A stretch of DNA of 64,000 nucleotides from Eggerthellales bacterium (GTDB taxonomy: Bacteria > Actinomycetota > Coriobacteriia > Coriobacteriales > Eggerthellaceae): contig JAQXGX010000111.1 of NCBI GenBank assembly GCA_029006935.1, positions 6,178-70,177 of the forward strand. Reading direction: 5' to 3'. The translations under genes were made by a program, and so were the position numbers. Under the pieces are notes generated by a model. It was not told the origin of the DNA. It worked only from the letters and a program-made list of their open reading frames with translations, and ran no database searches. This document shows, piece by piece, positions 46,266 through 56,094 of this stretch; positions within the stretch are counted from its first letter, which is position 1, and every line of letters begins with the position of its first letter.

Positions 46266-46976
46266 TTACTTTGCCCCCCTTTCGTTGCGATCGTTGCGAC
46301 GACGGTTCGGGCGGGAGCTGCCCTCCAGAGCCGGCTGCGGAGCCTTCTGGCCCGGGAGAACGTCACCGTGGTACACCCACACCTGAACGCCGATGGAGCC
46401 CATCTGGGTTGCTGCGATGCTGAAGCCGTGGTCGATCTTGGCACGCAGGGTGTGCAGGGGCACACGACCTTCGCGATACCACTCGCGACGACACATCTCG
46501 GCGCCGCCCAGACGGCCGGAGCACTGGATACGGATGCCCTTGGCACCGCTCTTGCGAGCGGACTGGACAGCCTTGCGCATGGCGCGACGGAAGGCAACGC
46601 GGCCCTCCAGCTGCTCGCAGATGGACTGGGCGATCAGGTTGGCATCCAGCTCGGGACGCTTGACCTCGATGACCTCGATGGACACCTTGCCGTTGGCGAT
46701 GGTCTCCAGCTTCTTGCGAAGCTGGTCGATCTCAGCGCCCTTCTTGCCGATCACAACGCCCGGACGAGCGGTGGTGATGATGACCTTGATCTTGTCGCCG
46801 GCACGCTCGATCTCGATCTTGGAGACAGCGGCACGGGACAGGTACTTCTTCAGGAAGGTGCGGATTTCCTGATCGTTTGCCAGGTTCTGGGCATAGTCCT
46901 TGTCTGCATACCAGCGAGAGCGCCAGTCCTCAGTGATGCCCAGACGGAAACCGGTAGGGCTTACCTTCTGACCCAT
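46266..46976 (-). CDS. rpsC: 30S ribosomal protein S3
   Basis: MGQKVSPTGFRLGITEDWRSRWYA... Confidence 0.97.
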   Translation of the reverse strand: MGQKVSPTGFRLGITEDWRSRWYADKDYAQNLANDQEIRTFLKKYLSRAAVSKIEIERAGDKIKVIITTARPGVVIGKKGAEIDQLRKKLETIANGKVSIEVIEVKRPELDANLIAQSICEQLEGRVAFRRAMRKAVQSARKSGAKGIRIQCSGRLGGAEMCRREWYREGRVPLHTLRAKIDHGFSIAATQMGSIGVQVWVYHGDVLPGQKAPQPALEGSSRPNRRRNDRNERGAK

Positions 46977-46979
46977 GGC

Positions 46980-47321
46980 TTACGCCTCCTCTCGAGTTGC
47001 GACGATAACGGTGATGTGGCTGGTGCGCTTGCGGATCGGAGAAGCGGAGCCCTTTGCACGAGGACGGATACGCTTCATGGTCGGACCCTCGTCCACATAG
47101 CAGGTCTTCACGACCAGGGACTCAGCGCGCACATGATGCTGGTTTTCCGCGTTGGCCACAGCGGAATTCAGCGTCTTCAGCACGGTTTCGGCAGCAGCAC
47201 GGTCGCAGAACTGCAGGATTTCCTGGGCTGCCACGACGTTCTTGCCGCGAATGAGATCAACAACGATGCGAGCCTTGCGAGGGGACACGCGAACGAAGCG
47301 ACTAATTGCCTTTGCTTCCAT
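46980..47321 (-). CDS. rplV: 50S ribosomal protein L22
   Basis: [27 protein letters not shown]... Confidence 0.95.
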   Translation of the reverse strand: MEAKAISRFVRVSPRKARIVVDLIRGKNVVAAQEILQFCDRAAAETVLKTLNSAVANAENQHHVRAESLVVKTCYVDEGPTMKRIRPRAKGSASPIRKRTSHITVIVATREEA

Positions 47322-47336
47322 GTTTCACTCCCCTTT

Positions 47337-47609
47337 CTAGCGCTTCTTCTTGTCAGCCGCATGACCCTTGAAGGTGCGGGTCGGAGCGAATTCGCCCAGC
47401 TTGTGGCCGACCATAGACTCGGTAACATAAACCGGCACGTGCTTGCGACCATCATGCACGGCGATGGTGTGGCCCACCATCTCCGGGAAGATCGTGCTAG
47501 AACGAGACCAGGTCTTGACAACATCCTTGACGCCTTCAGCGTTCATCTTCTCGATACGACCAAGAAGACGCGGCTCGACGAAAGGACCCTTTTTCAAACT
47601 TCTGCTCAC
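47337..47609 (-). CDS. rpsS: 30S ribosomal protein S19
   Basis: [16 protein letters not shown]...[37 protein letters not shown]. Confidence 0.97.
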   Translation of the reverse strand: MSRSLKKGPFVEPRLLGRIEKMNAEGVKDVVKTWSRSSTIFPEMVGHTIAVHDGRKHVPVYVTESMVGHKLGEFAPTRTFKGHAADKKKR

Positions 47610-47633
47610 TGATTACTCCTTCACGCTATTGCG

Positions 47634-48464
47634 CTACTTCTTGCGACGACGAATGATGAGGCGGTTGGAGGCCTTCTTCGGGTTGCGCGTACGATGACCC
47701 TTGGTCGGGACACCCCACGGGGAAACCGGATGACGGCCAGCGGACTTGTTCTTGCCTTCGCCACCACCATGGGGATGGTCGACCGGGTTCATGACGGTAC
47801 CACGGACGGTGGGACGAACGCCCAGCCAGCGCTTACGGCCGGCCTTGCCGATCTTGATGTTGGAATGCTCGGCATTGCCAACCTCGCCCACCGTTGCACG
47901 GCAGGTGATCAGAACGCGACGCATTTCGGAAGACGGCATACGCAGGATGGCGTAGTTGCCTTCCTTGCCCATGAGCTGGATGCTGGTGCCAGCGGAGCGA
48001 GCGCATGCAGCGCCCTTGCCCGGCTGCAGCTCAACTGCATGGATCAGAGTACCGACGGGGATGTTTGCCAGGGGCAGAGCGTTGCCCGGCTTGATGTCGG
48101 CATCAGGACCGCTGACGACGGTGTCGCCAACGTTCAGGCCCTTCGGGTGAAGGATGTAGCGCTTTTCGCCGTCCACATAGTGCAGAAGGGCGATACGAGC
48201 AGAGCGGTTGGGGTCATACTCGATGGTTGCGACCTTTGCAGGTACGCCGTCCTTGTTGCGCTTGAAGTCGATGATACGGTAACGACGCTTGTGGCCACCG
48301 CCCTGATGGCGGGTGGTGACGCGACCGTAGTTGTTGCGACCAGCCTTCTTAGAAAGCGGCGCAAGCAGAGACTTTTCCGGCTTAGACCTGGTGATCTCGG
48401 CGAAATCCGAAACCGTCTGGAAGCGGCGACCAGGACTAGTCGGCTTATACTGCTTTACTCCCAT
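47634..48464 (-). CDS. rplB: 50S ribosomal protein L2
   Basis: [21 protein letters not shown]... Start ATG 48464 (GAAAGGAATAGGA RBS), not track start 48503. Confidence 0.97.
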   Translation of the reverse strand: MGVKQYKPTSPGRRFQTVSDFAEITRSKPEKSLLAPLSKKAGRNNYGRVTTRHQGGGHKRRYRIIDFKRNKDGVPAKVATIEYDPNRSARIALLHYVDGEKRYILHPKGLNVGDTVVSGPDADIKPGNALPLANIPVGTLIHAVELQPGKGAACARSAGTSIQLMGKEGNYAILRMPSSEMRRVLITCRATVGEVGNAEHSNIKIGKAGRKRWLGVRPTVRGTVMNPVDHPHGGGEGKNKSAGRHPVSPWGVPTKGHRTRNPKKASNRLIIRRRKK

Positions 48465-48637
48465 TCCTATTCCTTTCACTAGACCCTCGCTCGCACGCCT
48501 CACCGTACCCCGAGGATCTGTTTCTACTACGTGGCCATACGATCACCGAGCGAATCGCATGAGGACGAAGCCTCGATTCCGTATAACCACGCGTCCGGGT
48601 GTGTCTATCTGTGAGCACACAGGTATACAGCCAGACG

Positions 48638-48682
48638 CAAAAAAACAGTATAAAGAATGCCCCCTGCCGAGGCAAGGGGCAT
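48638..48682 (-). terminator. intrinsic terminator after the trigger-factor-like gene, upstream of rplB
   Basis: Minus strand ATGCCCC(T)TGCC-TC-GGCA(G)GGGGCAT followed by TCTTTATACTGTTTTTTT, about 70 nt after stop 48754. Confidence 0.6.
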
Positions 48683-48753
48683 TTTTCGAAAGTTTTATCG
48701 AAGGCTCCGTTGCGCCACGTGCTCCAGGGCAAAGGCAAAACCGTGCAGTCAGC

Positions 48754-50055
48754 CTAGCCTTCCTGGGACACGATCACCGTGGCGTGCTCCACCAGGTAGC
48801 GAGCGGCCTTCAGGCGCTGGGCGGATTCCCTCAGGGCGAAGTTGTGTCCCGACTCCTGCATGTCCTTACGTACCAGCTCGGCGTTCATGGGATCCACCGA
48901 CTTGCAGAACTCTTCGATGTCATGCTGGGTCAGGGTCAGTTTGAAATGGTTGAACACCGCATCAAGGGCGTACCCTTGGGTCAGTGCCTGGCGGGCCTCG
49001 AACAGCATCATCATGTTGAACTGCTCCTTCCCCCCCATCTGCTCGACGTAGTCGTTGAAGCTGGTGTTCTGATTGCGCAGACCTTCCTGCACGTTACGGA
49101 TCAGGGTGTCCCGGGTATGCTCGTAGGCCTGGTTGCTGACATGTCCCTGGAAGCGCTCGGTGATGGCCTCCGAAGCCAGGCGGTTCATCAGATCGGCGCG
49201 GTCGGCGCGGTACTGTTCCGCCACCTCCTTGCGCACCCCTTCCACCATCTGCTCCACGCTGTCGAACAGGGGAAGGCTGCGTTTGACCCATTCATCGGTC
49301 AGGGCGGGAGCCTGGGGAACCTGCTTCCCCAGCACCTCCACCTCGCAATCCATGGTGACGGTGACGGGATTCATCTGATCATCGTAGCTGGGAGCGGAAT
49401 AGCTGAACTCCTTGGACTCCCCCACCTTCATGCCCATCACGTTGCGGTCGAACTCCGGGGGCATGTATCCTTCGCCCACATGATAGGTTCGACCGTCGGC
49501 GGTCAGAGCTGCAATGGGCTTGCCCTCCAGGGAAGAGCGCATGCGCAAGCGGATGTAGTCGCCCTTTTCCACCACGCCTTCGGCCTGGGGATCCATGACG
49601 AACTCGGTGAACTGGTCCAGAATCTGGGAGATGGTCTTCTGGACTTCCTCCTCCTGATCCTGCTCGGGAGGAACGGTGATGGTCACCGGGTCATAGGACG
49701 AAAGCTCGAATCGGGGCTTGGGGGTCACGATCAGACGGAAGGCAAGCTCCGAGCCGCGCTTGGGTCGACCCGCGGGAATGGCATCGGGGACGAACTCGGG
49801 GCAGATCCCCTTCTTGTCAATGGCGAAGGGAGCAAGGTAGTCAACCACGAACTTGTCCACCAGGGAATCAAGGTCCTTGATGCCCAGCTTGCGCTCGGCG
49901 GCGCGCGCGATGCTTTCGCCCCGCTCTGGAACAATACCCATCTGGTTGGCAAAGCGCTTGTAGGCGCGATCGTAGGCAGTGGTCACTTCGGCAACGCAGG
50001 CCAAGGCATCAAGCTGGATCCTGCCGTCTTCGAGCTTCTTGGACACGACCTTCAT
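48754..50055 (-). CDS. trigger-factor-like protein (divergent paralogue; GFRxGxxP signature not seen)
   Basis: 433 aa from ATG 50055 (GGAAGGGAG RBS). N-domain MKVVSKKLEDGRIQLDALACV..., FKBP-like middle EKGDYIRLRM...HVGEGYMPPEFDRNVMGMKVGESKEF...VEVLGKQ, and C-terminal ALTDEWVKR... arm domain. Confidence 0.7.
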   Translation of the reverse strand: MKVVSKKLEDGRIQLDALACVAEVTTAYDRAYKRFANQMGIVPERGESIARAAERKLGIKDLDSLVDKFVVDYLAPFAIDKKGICPEFVPDAIPAGRPKRGSELAFRLIVTPKPRFELSSYDPVTITVPPEQDQEEEVQKTISQILDQFTEFVMDPQAEGVVEKGDYIRLRMRSSLEGKPIAALTADGRTYHVGEGYMPPEFDRNVMGMKVGESKEFSYSAPSYDDQMNPVTVTMDCEVEVLGKQVPQAPALTDEWVKRSLPLFDSVEQMVEGVRKEVAEQYRADRADLMNRLASEAITERFQGHVSNQAYEHTRDTLIRNVQEGLRNQNTSFNDYVEQMGGKEQFNMMMLFEARQALTQGYALDAVFNHFKLTLTQHDIEEFCKSVDPMNAELVRKDMQESGHNFALRESAQRLKAARYLVEHATVIVSQEG

Positions 50056-50123
50056 AGTCGAGCAGCTCCCTTCCAAGCCCCGCAGCACGGAGCGTAACGT
50101 TTTATCTGTTTTGCGCATTGAGC

Positions 50124-50129
50124 ATTCTA
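50124..50129 (-). promoter_or_regulatory. candidate -10 (TAGAAT) for the trigger-factor-like gene
   Basis: Minus strand CATGGGGTAGAATGCTC about 65 nt before ATG 50055 and downstream of the rplW terminator. The -35 is weak. Confidence 0.4.
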
Positions 50130-50179
50130 CCCCATGGCTCGACTCATTCCAGGCGCCTTTGGCAAGCGGAGCGGGGGCG

Positions 50180-50215
50180 ATATAAGAAAGGAGGAGGCCC
50201 ATCAGGACCTCCTCC
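50180..50215 (-). terminator. intrinsic terminator directly after rplW
   Basis: Minus strand GGAGGAGGTCC-TGAT-GGGCCTCCTCC (11 bp including one G-U pair) followed by TTTCTTATAT. Confidence 0.7.
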
Positions 50216-50240
50216 CGAGAAAGCGTTGGTCGCGAAGCGA

Positions 50241-50531
50241 TTAGGCGCCGAACACCTCGATGGTTTCGCCCTCGGCCAGGGTAACCATGGCCTTCTTCCA
50301 GGTGCGGGTTGCACCGGGAACCGGATTGGTGCGGTAGCGCTTGGGCTTGGGCTTCACGTTCAGGGTGTTAACCTTGACGACCTTGACGTTGAAGATGGTC
50401 TCCACAGCCTTGGCGATCTCGATCTTGTTTGCGTCCTTGGCCACCTCGAAGGTGTAGACGTTCTTTTCCATAACGTCATAGCTGCGCTCGGTGATGACCG
50501 GACGGATGATGATCTGACGGGGATCCTTCAT
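50241..50531 (-). CDS. rplW: 50S ribosomal protein L23
   Basis: [30 protein letters not shown]... 1-nt overlap (TAATG) with rplD. Confidence 0.95.
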   Translation of the reverse strand: MKDPRQIIIRPVITERSYDVMEKNVYTFEVAKDANKIEIAKAVETIFNVKVVKVNTLNVKPKPKRYRTNPVPGATRTWKKAMVTLAEGETIEVFGA

Positions 50532-51154
50532 TATGCGAGCACCTCCTCGATGCGCTTCAGAGCCTCGGAAGTGAACACAAGGTTCTTGTTGTCGATCAGC
50601 TCGTAGGTGTTGGACACGCAGACCGGAATCACGTTCACGGTGGGGATGTTGCGGAAGGACAGATAGGCGTTGATGTCCTCGTCGCCCACCACGATGGTGG
50701 TGCGGCCTTCCAGGCCCAGGGCCTTCAGAGCGGCAACGGCAGCCTTGGTGGAGGGTGCCTCGAAGCCGAACTGATCAACAACGGTCAGCTGACCGTCTGC
50801 CAGCTTGGCGGACAGAGCGGAACGCATGGCCAGCTTGATTTCCTTCTTGTTCACCTTGAACTCGTAGGAACGGGGATGGGGACCGAAGACGGTACCGCCG
50901 CCGACCCACTGAGGTGCGCGGATCGTACCCTGACGAGCACGGCCGGTGCCCTTCTGGCGCCACGGCTTGCGGCCGCCGCCACGAACCTGGCCACGGGTGC
51001 GGGTGTTGGAAGTGCCCTGACGCCAGGAAGCACGCTGGGCGCGCACGACCTGATGCATGACACCAATGTTCGGTTCCACGCCGAACACGGTTGCAGAGAG
51101 CTCAGCAGTACCAGCTGCCTGGCCCTTCGCATCCTTGATATCGATAGTTGCCAT
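50531..51154 (-). CDS. rplD: 50S ribosomal protein L4
   Basis: ...[36 protein letters not shown]... Confidence 0.95.
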   Translation of the reverse strand: MATIDIKDAKGQAAGTAELSATVFGVEPNIGVMHQVVRAQRASWRQGTSNTRTRGQVRGGGRKPWRQKGTGRARQGTIRAPQWVGGGTVFGPHPRSYEFKVNKKEIKLAMRSALSAKLADGQLTVVDQFGFEAPSTKAAVAALKALGLEGRTTIVVGDEDINAYLSFRNIPTVNVIPVCVSNTYELIDNKNLVFTSEALKRIEEVLA

Positions 51155-51175
51155 ATTTACAAGCTCCTCAAATTA

Positions 51176-51796
51176 CTAAGCCATGCGGACGCGCACGATG
51201 CCGTTCTTACCGCCCGGCACAGCGCCCTTAACCAGGATCAGGTTCTGATCCTCATCGATCTTCACCACGGACAGGTTCTTCACCGTCACGCGCTCGCAGC
51301 CCATATGGCCGGGAAGGCGCAGGCCCTTGAACACGCGGGAGGGGGTGGCGCACTGGCCCACGGAACCCGGAGCGCGATGGAAGTGAGAGCCATGGCCACC
51401 GGGGCCGCCGCCGAAGCCGTAGCGCTTCATGACGCCGGCAAAGCCCTTGCCCTTGGAGATGCCGGTCACGTCAACGGTGTCCACATCGGCGAAGGCTGCC
51501 ACAGTCTGCTCGTCGCCGACCTTGTACTCAGCGGCGTTCTCCACGCGGACCTCGCGCAGATAACGGGTGGGTTCAGCGCCCTGCTTGGCGAAGTGGCCAG
51601 CCATGGGCTTATTGACCTTCTTCTCCTTGATGGTGCCGAAGCCCAGCTGAACTGCCTCGTAGCCGTCGGACTCGACGGTCTTCACCTGGACCACCTTGTT
51701 GGGGGCAGCCTGGATGACGGTGACGGGGATCAGACGATCCTGCTCGTCGAAGATCTGGGTCATGCCGATCTTCTTGCCGTAGATTGCATTGATCAT
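51176..51796 (-). CDS. rplC: 50S ribosomal protein L3
   Basis: [28 protein letters not shown]... ATG 51796 preferred over the GTG 51808 that abuts the RBS. Confidence 0.95.
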   Translation of the reverse strand: MINAIYGKKIGMTQIFDEQDRLIPVTVIQAAPNKVVQVKTVESDGYEAVQLGFGTIKEKKVNKPMAGHFAKQGAEPTRYLREVRVENAAEYKVGDEQTVAAFADVDTVDVTGISKGKGFAGVMKRYGFGGGPGGHGSHFHRAPGSVGQCATPSRVFKGLRLPGHMGCERVTVKNLSVVKIDEDQNLILVKGAVPGGKNGIVRVRMA

Positions 51797-51811
51797 AGTT
51801 GGCGTCACTCC

Positions 51812-52120
51812 TTACAGCTTGATCTCGATGTCGACGCCAGCCGGCAGATCAAGACGCATCAGGGAGTCGACAGTGTTGGGGGTCGGCTCCAGGATGTCGA
51901 TCAGGCGCTTGTGAGTGCGCATCTCGAACTGCTCACGGGAGTCCTTGTTGACATGGGGGCCCTTGACGACGCAATACAGGTTGCGCTCCGTCGGCAGCGG
52001 AATAGGACCGGAAACCTTGGCACCCGTCTTCTGTGCGGTATCGACGATGAGCTTAGTGGACTGATCCACGATCTCATGATCGTATCCCTTCAGGCGGATG
52101 CGAATCTTTTGATTAGCCAC
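51812..52120 (-). CDS. rpsJ: 30S ribosomal protein S10
   Basis: [21 protein letters not shown]... GTG start with GGAGGAAA RBS. Confidence 0.97.
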   Translation of the reverse strand: MANQKIRIRLKGYDHEIVDQSTKLIVDTAQKTGAKVSGPIPLPTERNLYCVVKGPHVNKDSREQFEMRTHKRLIDILEPTPNTVDSLMRLDLPAGVDIEIKL

Positions 52121-52154
52121 TTTATTTCCTCCAAATAGCTTTCAGCGGTGCTGC

Positions 52155-54281
52155 TTAGGAAGCGTTGCCGCCGGCCTTGCTGATAATTTCTTCCTGGATG
52201 TTCTTGGGAACGCGCTCATAGGAGCTGAACTGCATGGTGTAGGATGCGCGACCCTGGGTGCCGGAGCGCAGGTCGGTCGCGTAACCGAACATCTGGGACA
52301 GCGGAACCTTTGCGGAAACGGTAACCGTGTTGCCACGCTTTTCCTGGCCCAGAATCTGGCCGCGACGGGACGGGATGTCGCCCATGACGAAGCCGGTGTA
52401 CTCTTCCGGGGTCTCGATCTCCACGGACATGACCGGCTCCAGGATGGCAGGCTTGCCCTGACGCAGAGCTTCCTGGATGGCCAGGGAGCCAGCGACCTTG
52501 AAGGCAGCTTCGGAGGAGTCAACGTCATGGTAGGAGCCGTCGATGAGCTCGATGCGCACAGCCTCCACCGGGAAGCCTGCCAGGATACCGGTGTTCAGGC
52601 GCTCCTGGATGCCCTTGTCGATGGACGGGATGTACTCCTTGGGAACCACGCCGCCCACGATCTTGTTCTCGAACTCGTAGGGCTTGCCGTCTTCCTGAGG
52701 ATACATGTTGATGACGCAGTCGCCGTACTGGCCGCGACCGCCGGACTGGCGCTTGAAGAAGCCGCGAACGTTGAGTGCGGGCTCGGTAGCGGTCTCGCGA
52801 TAGGCAACCTGGGGCTTGCCCACGTTTGCCTCGACCTTGAACTCACGCAGCAGACGGTCGACGATGATCTCCAGGTGCAGCTCGCCCATGCCGGCGATGA
52901 TGGTCTGGCCGGTCTCGTGGTTGGTGGACACGCGGAAGGTCGGGTCCTCCTCGGCCAGCTTCTGCAGGGCGATGCCCATCTTGTCCTGCTCGGCCTTGGA
53001 CTTGGGCTCGATTGCGATGTCGATAACCGGATCGGCGAACTCCATGGACTCCAGGATGATGGGAGCCTTTTCGTCGCACAGGGACTCGCCGGTGGTAGTG
53101 TCCTTCAGGCCCACGACGGCAACGATGTCGCCGGCGATGCAGGAGTCGATGTCAACACGCTGGTTGGAGTGCATCTGCAGCAGACGGCCGATGCGCTCCT
53201 TCTTGTCCTTGGAGGCGTTGATGACGTAGCTGCCGGACTCCAGCTTGCCGGAGTACACGCGCAGATAGGTCAGCTTGCCCACGAAGGGGTCGGTCATGAT
53301 CTTGAAGGCCAGGGATGCGAAGGGAGCCTTCACGTCTGCGGGACGCTCCTCCTCTTCGCCGGTCTCGGGGTTGGTGCCCTTGATGGCAGGCACGTCCAGC
53401 GGAGACGGCATGTAGTCGACCACGGCATCCAGCAGTTCCTGCACGCCCTTGTTCTTGTAGGCGGAGCCCACGAAGACCGGGTTGATCTGGCAGGCGATAA
53501 CGCCCTTGCGCAGTGCAGCCTTGAACTCCTCGACAGTGACCTCTTCTTCCATCAGGACCTTCTCCATCAGGTCGTCGTCGCAGTCTGCGGCGGCGTCCAG
53601 GAGCTCCTGGTGGTAGATCTCGGCATCCTCGGCAAACTCTGCCGGGATGGCGTCCATGGGCTCGGGGTAGGTCATGCCCTTTTCGTCGGCCTTGAAGTCC
53701 CATGCGGTCATGGTGACCAGGTCGATGATGCCCCAGAACTGGTCCTCGGAACCCATGGGGATCTGTGCGGCAACGGCGTTGGCGCCCAGACGGTCCCTCA
53801 TGGTCTGGATTGCATGGAAGAAGTCAGCGCCCACGCGGTCATACTTGTTGATGAAGGCGATGCGGGGAACCTGGTAGCGCTCTGCCTGGCGCCACACGGT
53901 CTCGGACTGGGGCTGAACGCCGGCAACGGCGTCGAACACGGCAACGGCACCGTCCAGAACGCGCAGGGAGCGCTCCACCTCGGCGGTGAAGTCCACGTGG
54001 CCCGGGGTGTCGATGATCTGGATCTTGTAGGGCTTGCCGTCAGCTGCGCCGCTGGGGTAGTTCCAGAAGCACGTGGTTGCTGCGGAGGTGATGGTTACGC
54101 CGCGCTCCTGCTCCTGGACCATCCAGTCCATGGTGGCAGCACCGTCGTGCACCTCGCCAATCTTGTGGGTCTTACCCGTATAGTAGAGGATACGCTCGGT
54201 AGTAGTGGTCTTGCCCGCGTCGATGTGGGCCATGATGCCAATATTACGAGTATCCTCAAGAGCAATCTTTTTCTTCGCCAT
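52155..54281 (-). CDS. fusA: elongation factor G
   Basis: ...[26 protein letters not shown]...[10 protein letters not shown]... Confidence 0.98.
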   Translation of the reverse strand: MAKKKIALEDTRNIGIMAHIDAGKTTTTERILYYTGKTHKIGEVHDGAATMDWMVQEQERGVTITSAATTCFWNYPSGAADGKPYKIQIIDTPGHVDFTAEVERSLRVLDGAVAVFDAVAGVQPQSETVWRQAERYQVPRIAFINKYDRVGADFFHAIQTMRDRLGANAVAAQIPMGSEDQFWGIIDLVTMTAWDFKADEKGMTYPEPMDAIPAEFAEDAEIYHQELLDAAADCDDDLMEKVLMEEEVTVEEFKAALRKGVIACQINPVFVGSAYKNKGVQELLDAVVDYMPSPLDVPAIKGTNPETGEEEERPADVKAPFASLAFKIMTDPFVGKLTYLRVYSGKLESGSYVINASKDKKERIGRLLQMHSNQRVDIDSCIAGDIVAVVGLKDTTTGESLCDEKAPIILESMEFADPVIDIAIEPKSKAEQDKMGIALQKLAEEDPTFRVSTNHETGQTIIAGMGELHLEIIVDRLLREFKVEANVGKPQVAYRETATEPALNVRGFFKRQSGGRGQYGDCVINMYPQEDGKPYEFENKIVGGVVPKEYIPSIDKGIQERLNTGILAGFPVEAVRIELIDGSYHDVDSSEAAFKVAGSLAIQEALRQGKPAILEPVMSVEIETPEEYTGFVMGDIPSRRGQILGQEKRGNTVTVSAKVPLSQMFGYATDLRSGTQGRASYTMQFSSYERVPKNIQEEIISKAGGNAS

Positions 54282-54296
54282 TTACTCAGACCTTCC

Positions 54297-54767
54297 TTAG
54301 AAGCGGTAGTGGGAGAAGGCGCGGTTGGCCTCTGCCATCTTGTACACGTCTTCACGCTTCTTCACGGATGCGCCGGTGTTCTCGGCGGCGTCCATGATCT
54401 CGTTGGCAAGGCGCTGCACCATGGTGTGCTCCTTGCGCTTGCGGGAATAGTCGACGATCCAGCGAATTGCCAGGGTGGTTGCACGACGGGAGTTGACCTC
54501 CATGGGCACCTGGTAGGTTGCGCCGCCAACACGCTTGGGCTTGACCTCCAGCGTGGGGCGAACGTTGTCCATTGCCTTCTTGAACACGGTCAGAGGATCG
54601 TTGCCCGTCTTGGCCTCGATCATGTCGAAGGCACCGTAGACGATGTCCTCTGCCTTGGACTTCTTGCCATCCAGCAGGATCTTGTTGATCAGCTGAGTGA
54701 CAAGACGGTTGTTGTACTTTGCGTCCGGCTGTACTTCACGACGGACTGCTGCTGCACGACGCGGCAT
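54297..54767 (-). CDS. rpsG: 30S ribosomal protein S7
   Basis: [37 protein letters not shown]... Confidence 0.97.
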   Translation of the reverse strand: MPRRAAAVRREVQPDAKYNNRLVTQLINKILLDGKKSKAEDIVYGAFDMIEAKTGNDPLTVFKKAMDNVRPTLEVKPKRVGGATYQVPMEVNSRRATTLAIRWIVDYSRKRKEHTMVQRLANEIMDAAENTGASVKKREDVYKMAEANRAFSHYRF

Positions 54768-54860
54768 TCTTTCTCCTTTGTTCCTGCGCGCTTCGGAGCG
54801 GATCCTTCACTTCCGCTCATTAGGTCTTCCAACCGACCCGCGCGACTTAGCGGTTACTTC

Positions 54861-55232
54861 TTACTTCGGGCGCTTTGCACCGTAGCGGCTGCGAGCCTGA
54901 CGACGCTTGTCCACGGCAGCGCAGTCCAGAGCAGCACGGATGACCTTGTAGCGAACACCGGGAAGGTCCCTAACACGACCGCCGCGGAGCAGCACCATGG
55001 AGTGCTCCTGCAGGTTGTGGCCTTCGCCCGGAATGTAAGCGGTCACTTCCACGCCGTTGACCAGACGAACACGGCAGACCTTACGGAGTGCAGAGTTCGG
55101 CTTCTTCGGCGTAGTGGTGTAGACGCGCGTGCAGACGCCACGCTTCTGCGGGTTGCCCTTCAGGGCCGGCGTCTTGGACTTTGCAGCCGTCTTCTTGCGG
55201 CCCTTGCGGACCAGCTGGTTAATAGTAGGCAA
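54861..55232 (-). CDS. rpsL: 30S ribosomal protein S12
   Basis: (M)[13 protein letters not shown]...[15 protein letters not shown]... TTG start 6 nt after an AAGGAG RBS. Confidence 0.97.
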   Translation of the reverse strand: MPTINQLVRKGRKKTAAKSKTPALKGNPQKRGVCTRVYTTTPKKPNSALRKVCRVRLVNGVEVTAYIPGEGHNLQEHSMVLLRGGRVRDLPGVRYKVIRAALDCAAVDKRRQARSRYGAKRPK

Positions 55233-55346
55233 TTCAAACTCCTTCTTACTGCCTGGCCTTCCCGCGGGAAGGCCCCATCTTGGCGTTTCATGTACGCTCA
55301 GCTGTTGCGCACACGAAAAGATGCGCCTGTGAAGGCGCGAGTAGGA

Positions 55347-55375
55347 ATATTACTCTCCCCCCGCGTGCGCGTCAA
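55347..55375 (-). promoter_or_regulatory. str-operon promoter TTGACG-N17-TAATAT
   Basis: Minus strand GCGTTTGACGCGCACGCGGGGGGAGAGTAATATTCC, about 105 nt upstream of the rpsL start. Confidence 0.65.
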
Positions 55376-55737
55376 ACGCCACGCATCCGGGTGTATCTAT
55401 TTCCTATTGCTGCATTTCCCCAGGTAGGTGCATTGTTTCTGGATTAAGGCCGCCGACTTGGATATTTTTTCGCATTTTTTCGGCAGCTCCTTCCCCATCC
55501 TAAGGGCAGTCAAAGGGGCAAAATCCAGGGGCGGATTGCGGGTCCGCAATCCGCCGGCTTCCCCACCAGGCGCAAACTGAAGGCCCGGGGAGCGCACCTG
55601 TATTCCGCTCCCCTTTCGATTACGAAGGCCGAGGACGCGAAGCTTGCTTGATTTCGCAGGTTTCGCCCCCTTTGCCCGCACTGCAGGCCCACGGTTTGGT
55701 CAGGGCACGTTTTTGCTCTGATCCGAGAGTCAAATCC

Positions 55738-55751
55738 GGGTTCTGTACGAC
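55738..55751 (+). repeat. 14-nt motif copy A (GGGTTCTGTACGAC)
   Basis: Inverted orientation relative to copies B and C. Core CTGTACGA is identical. Confidence 0.9.
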
Positions 55752-55893
55752 AAGGTTCCTCAGGTCGGAATAATTTCCGCCTGTCTTGACCATCTTTCAA
55801 AATGCTGGCGAAACTCTGACCTGGGATTTCTTCGGGGCGGCAATCTTCTGCGCCAGGAAAGGAGCCAGGAGAAGCCGTAAGGCCCTTGGAGGC

Positions 55894-55907
55894 ATCGTAC
55901 AGTTCCC
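55894..55907 (-). repeat. 14-nt motif copy B (GGGAACTGTACGAT)
   Basis: Identical 14-mer to copy C, 59 nt away, with similar flanks (AAsCrGGGAACTGTACGAT). Confidence 0.9.
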
Positions 55908-55952
55908 TGCTTTCATGCCTGAAAACGCCCCGTTTTCTGCCCTGACCAAAAA

Positions 55953-55966
55953 ATCGTACAGTTCCC
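55953..55966 (-). repeat. 14-nt motif copy C (GGGAACTGTACGAT)
   Basis: Identical 14-mer to copy B. Confidence 0.9.
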
Positions 55967-56029
55967 CGGTTTGTCAGCCTTGGAACAGCAGCGAAAAGAG
56001 CACTTGGCTCCGCCACCTGGCAACGCTGG

Positions 56030-56072
56030 CCCAAAAGCACAAGACCCGCGCCCCTTACGGGAACGCGGGTCC
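56030..56072 (-). terminator. intrinsic terminator after rpmE
   Basis: Minus strand GACCCGCG..CCCGTAAGGG..CGCGGGTC followed by TTGTGCTTTTGG. Confidence 0.7.
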
Positions 56073-56094
56073 TGCGATACGTCAGATGACCTGC

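Noticed and set aside
45795-47612. 605-aa plus-strand ORF
   Set aside because: It is antisense to rplP-rpsC-rplV-rpsS, so it is a shadow ORF.
52527-55427. 966-aa plus-strand ORF, the longest in the track
   Set aside because: It is antisense to fusA, rpsG and rpsL. It is open only because of the codon bias of the highly expressed minus-strand genes.
55510-56040. 176-aa minus-strand ORF in the rpmE-rpsL gap
   Set aside because: It has no RBS and an Arg/Gly/Pro-rich composition. It crosses several strong hairpins and the rpmE terminator. I treat it as non-coding; see the finding for 55400-56030.
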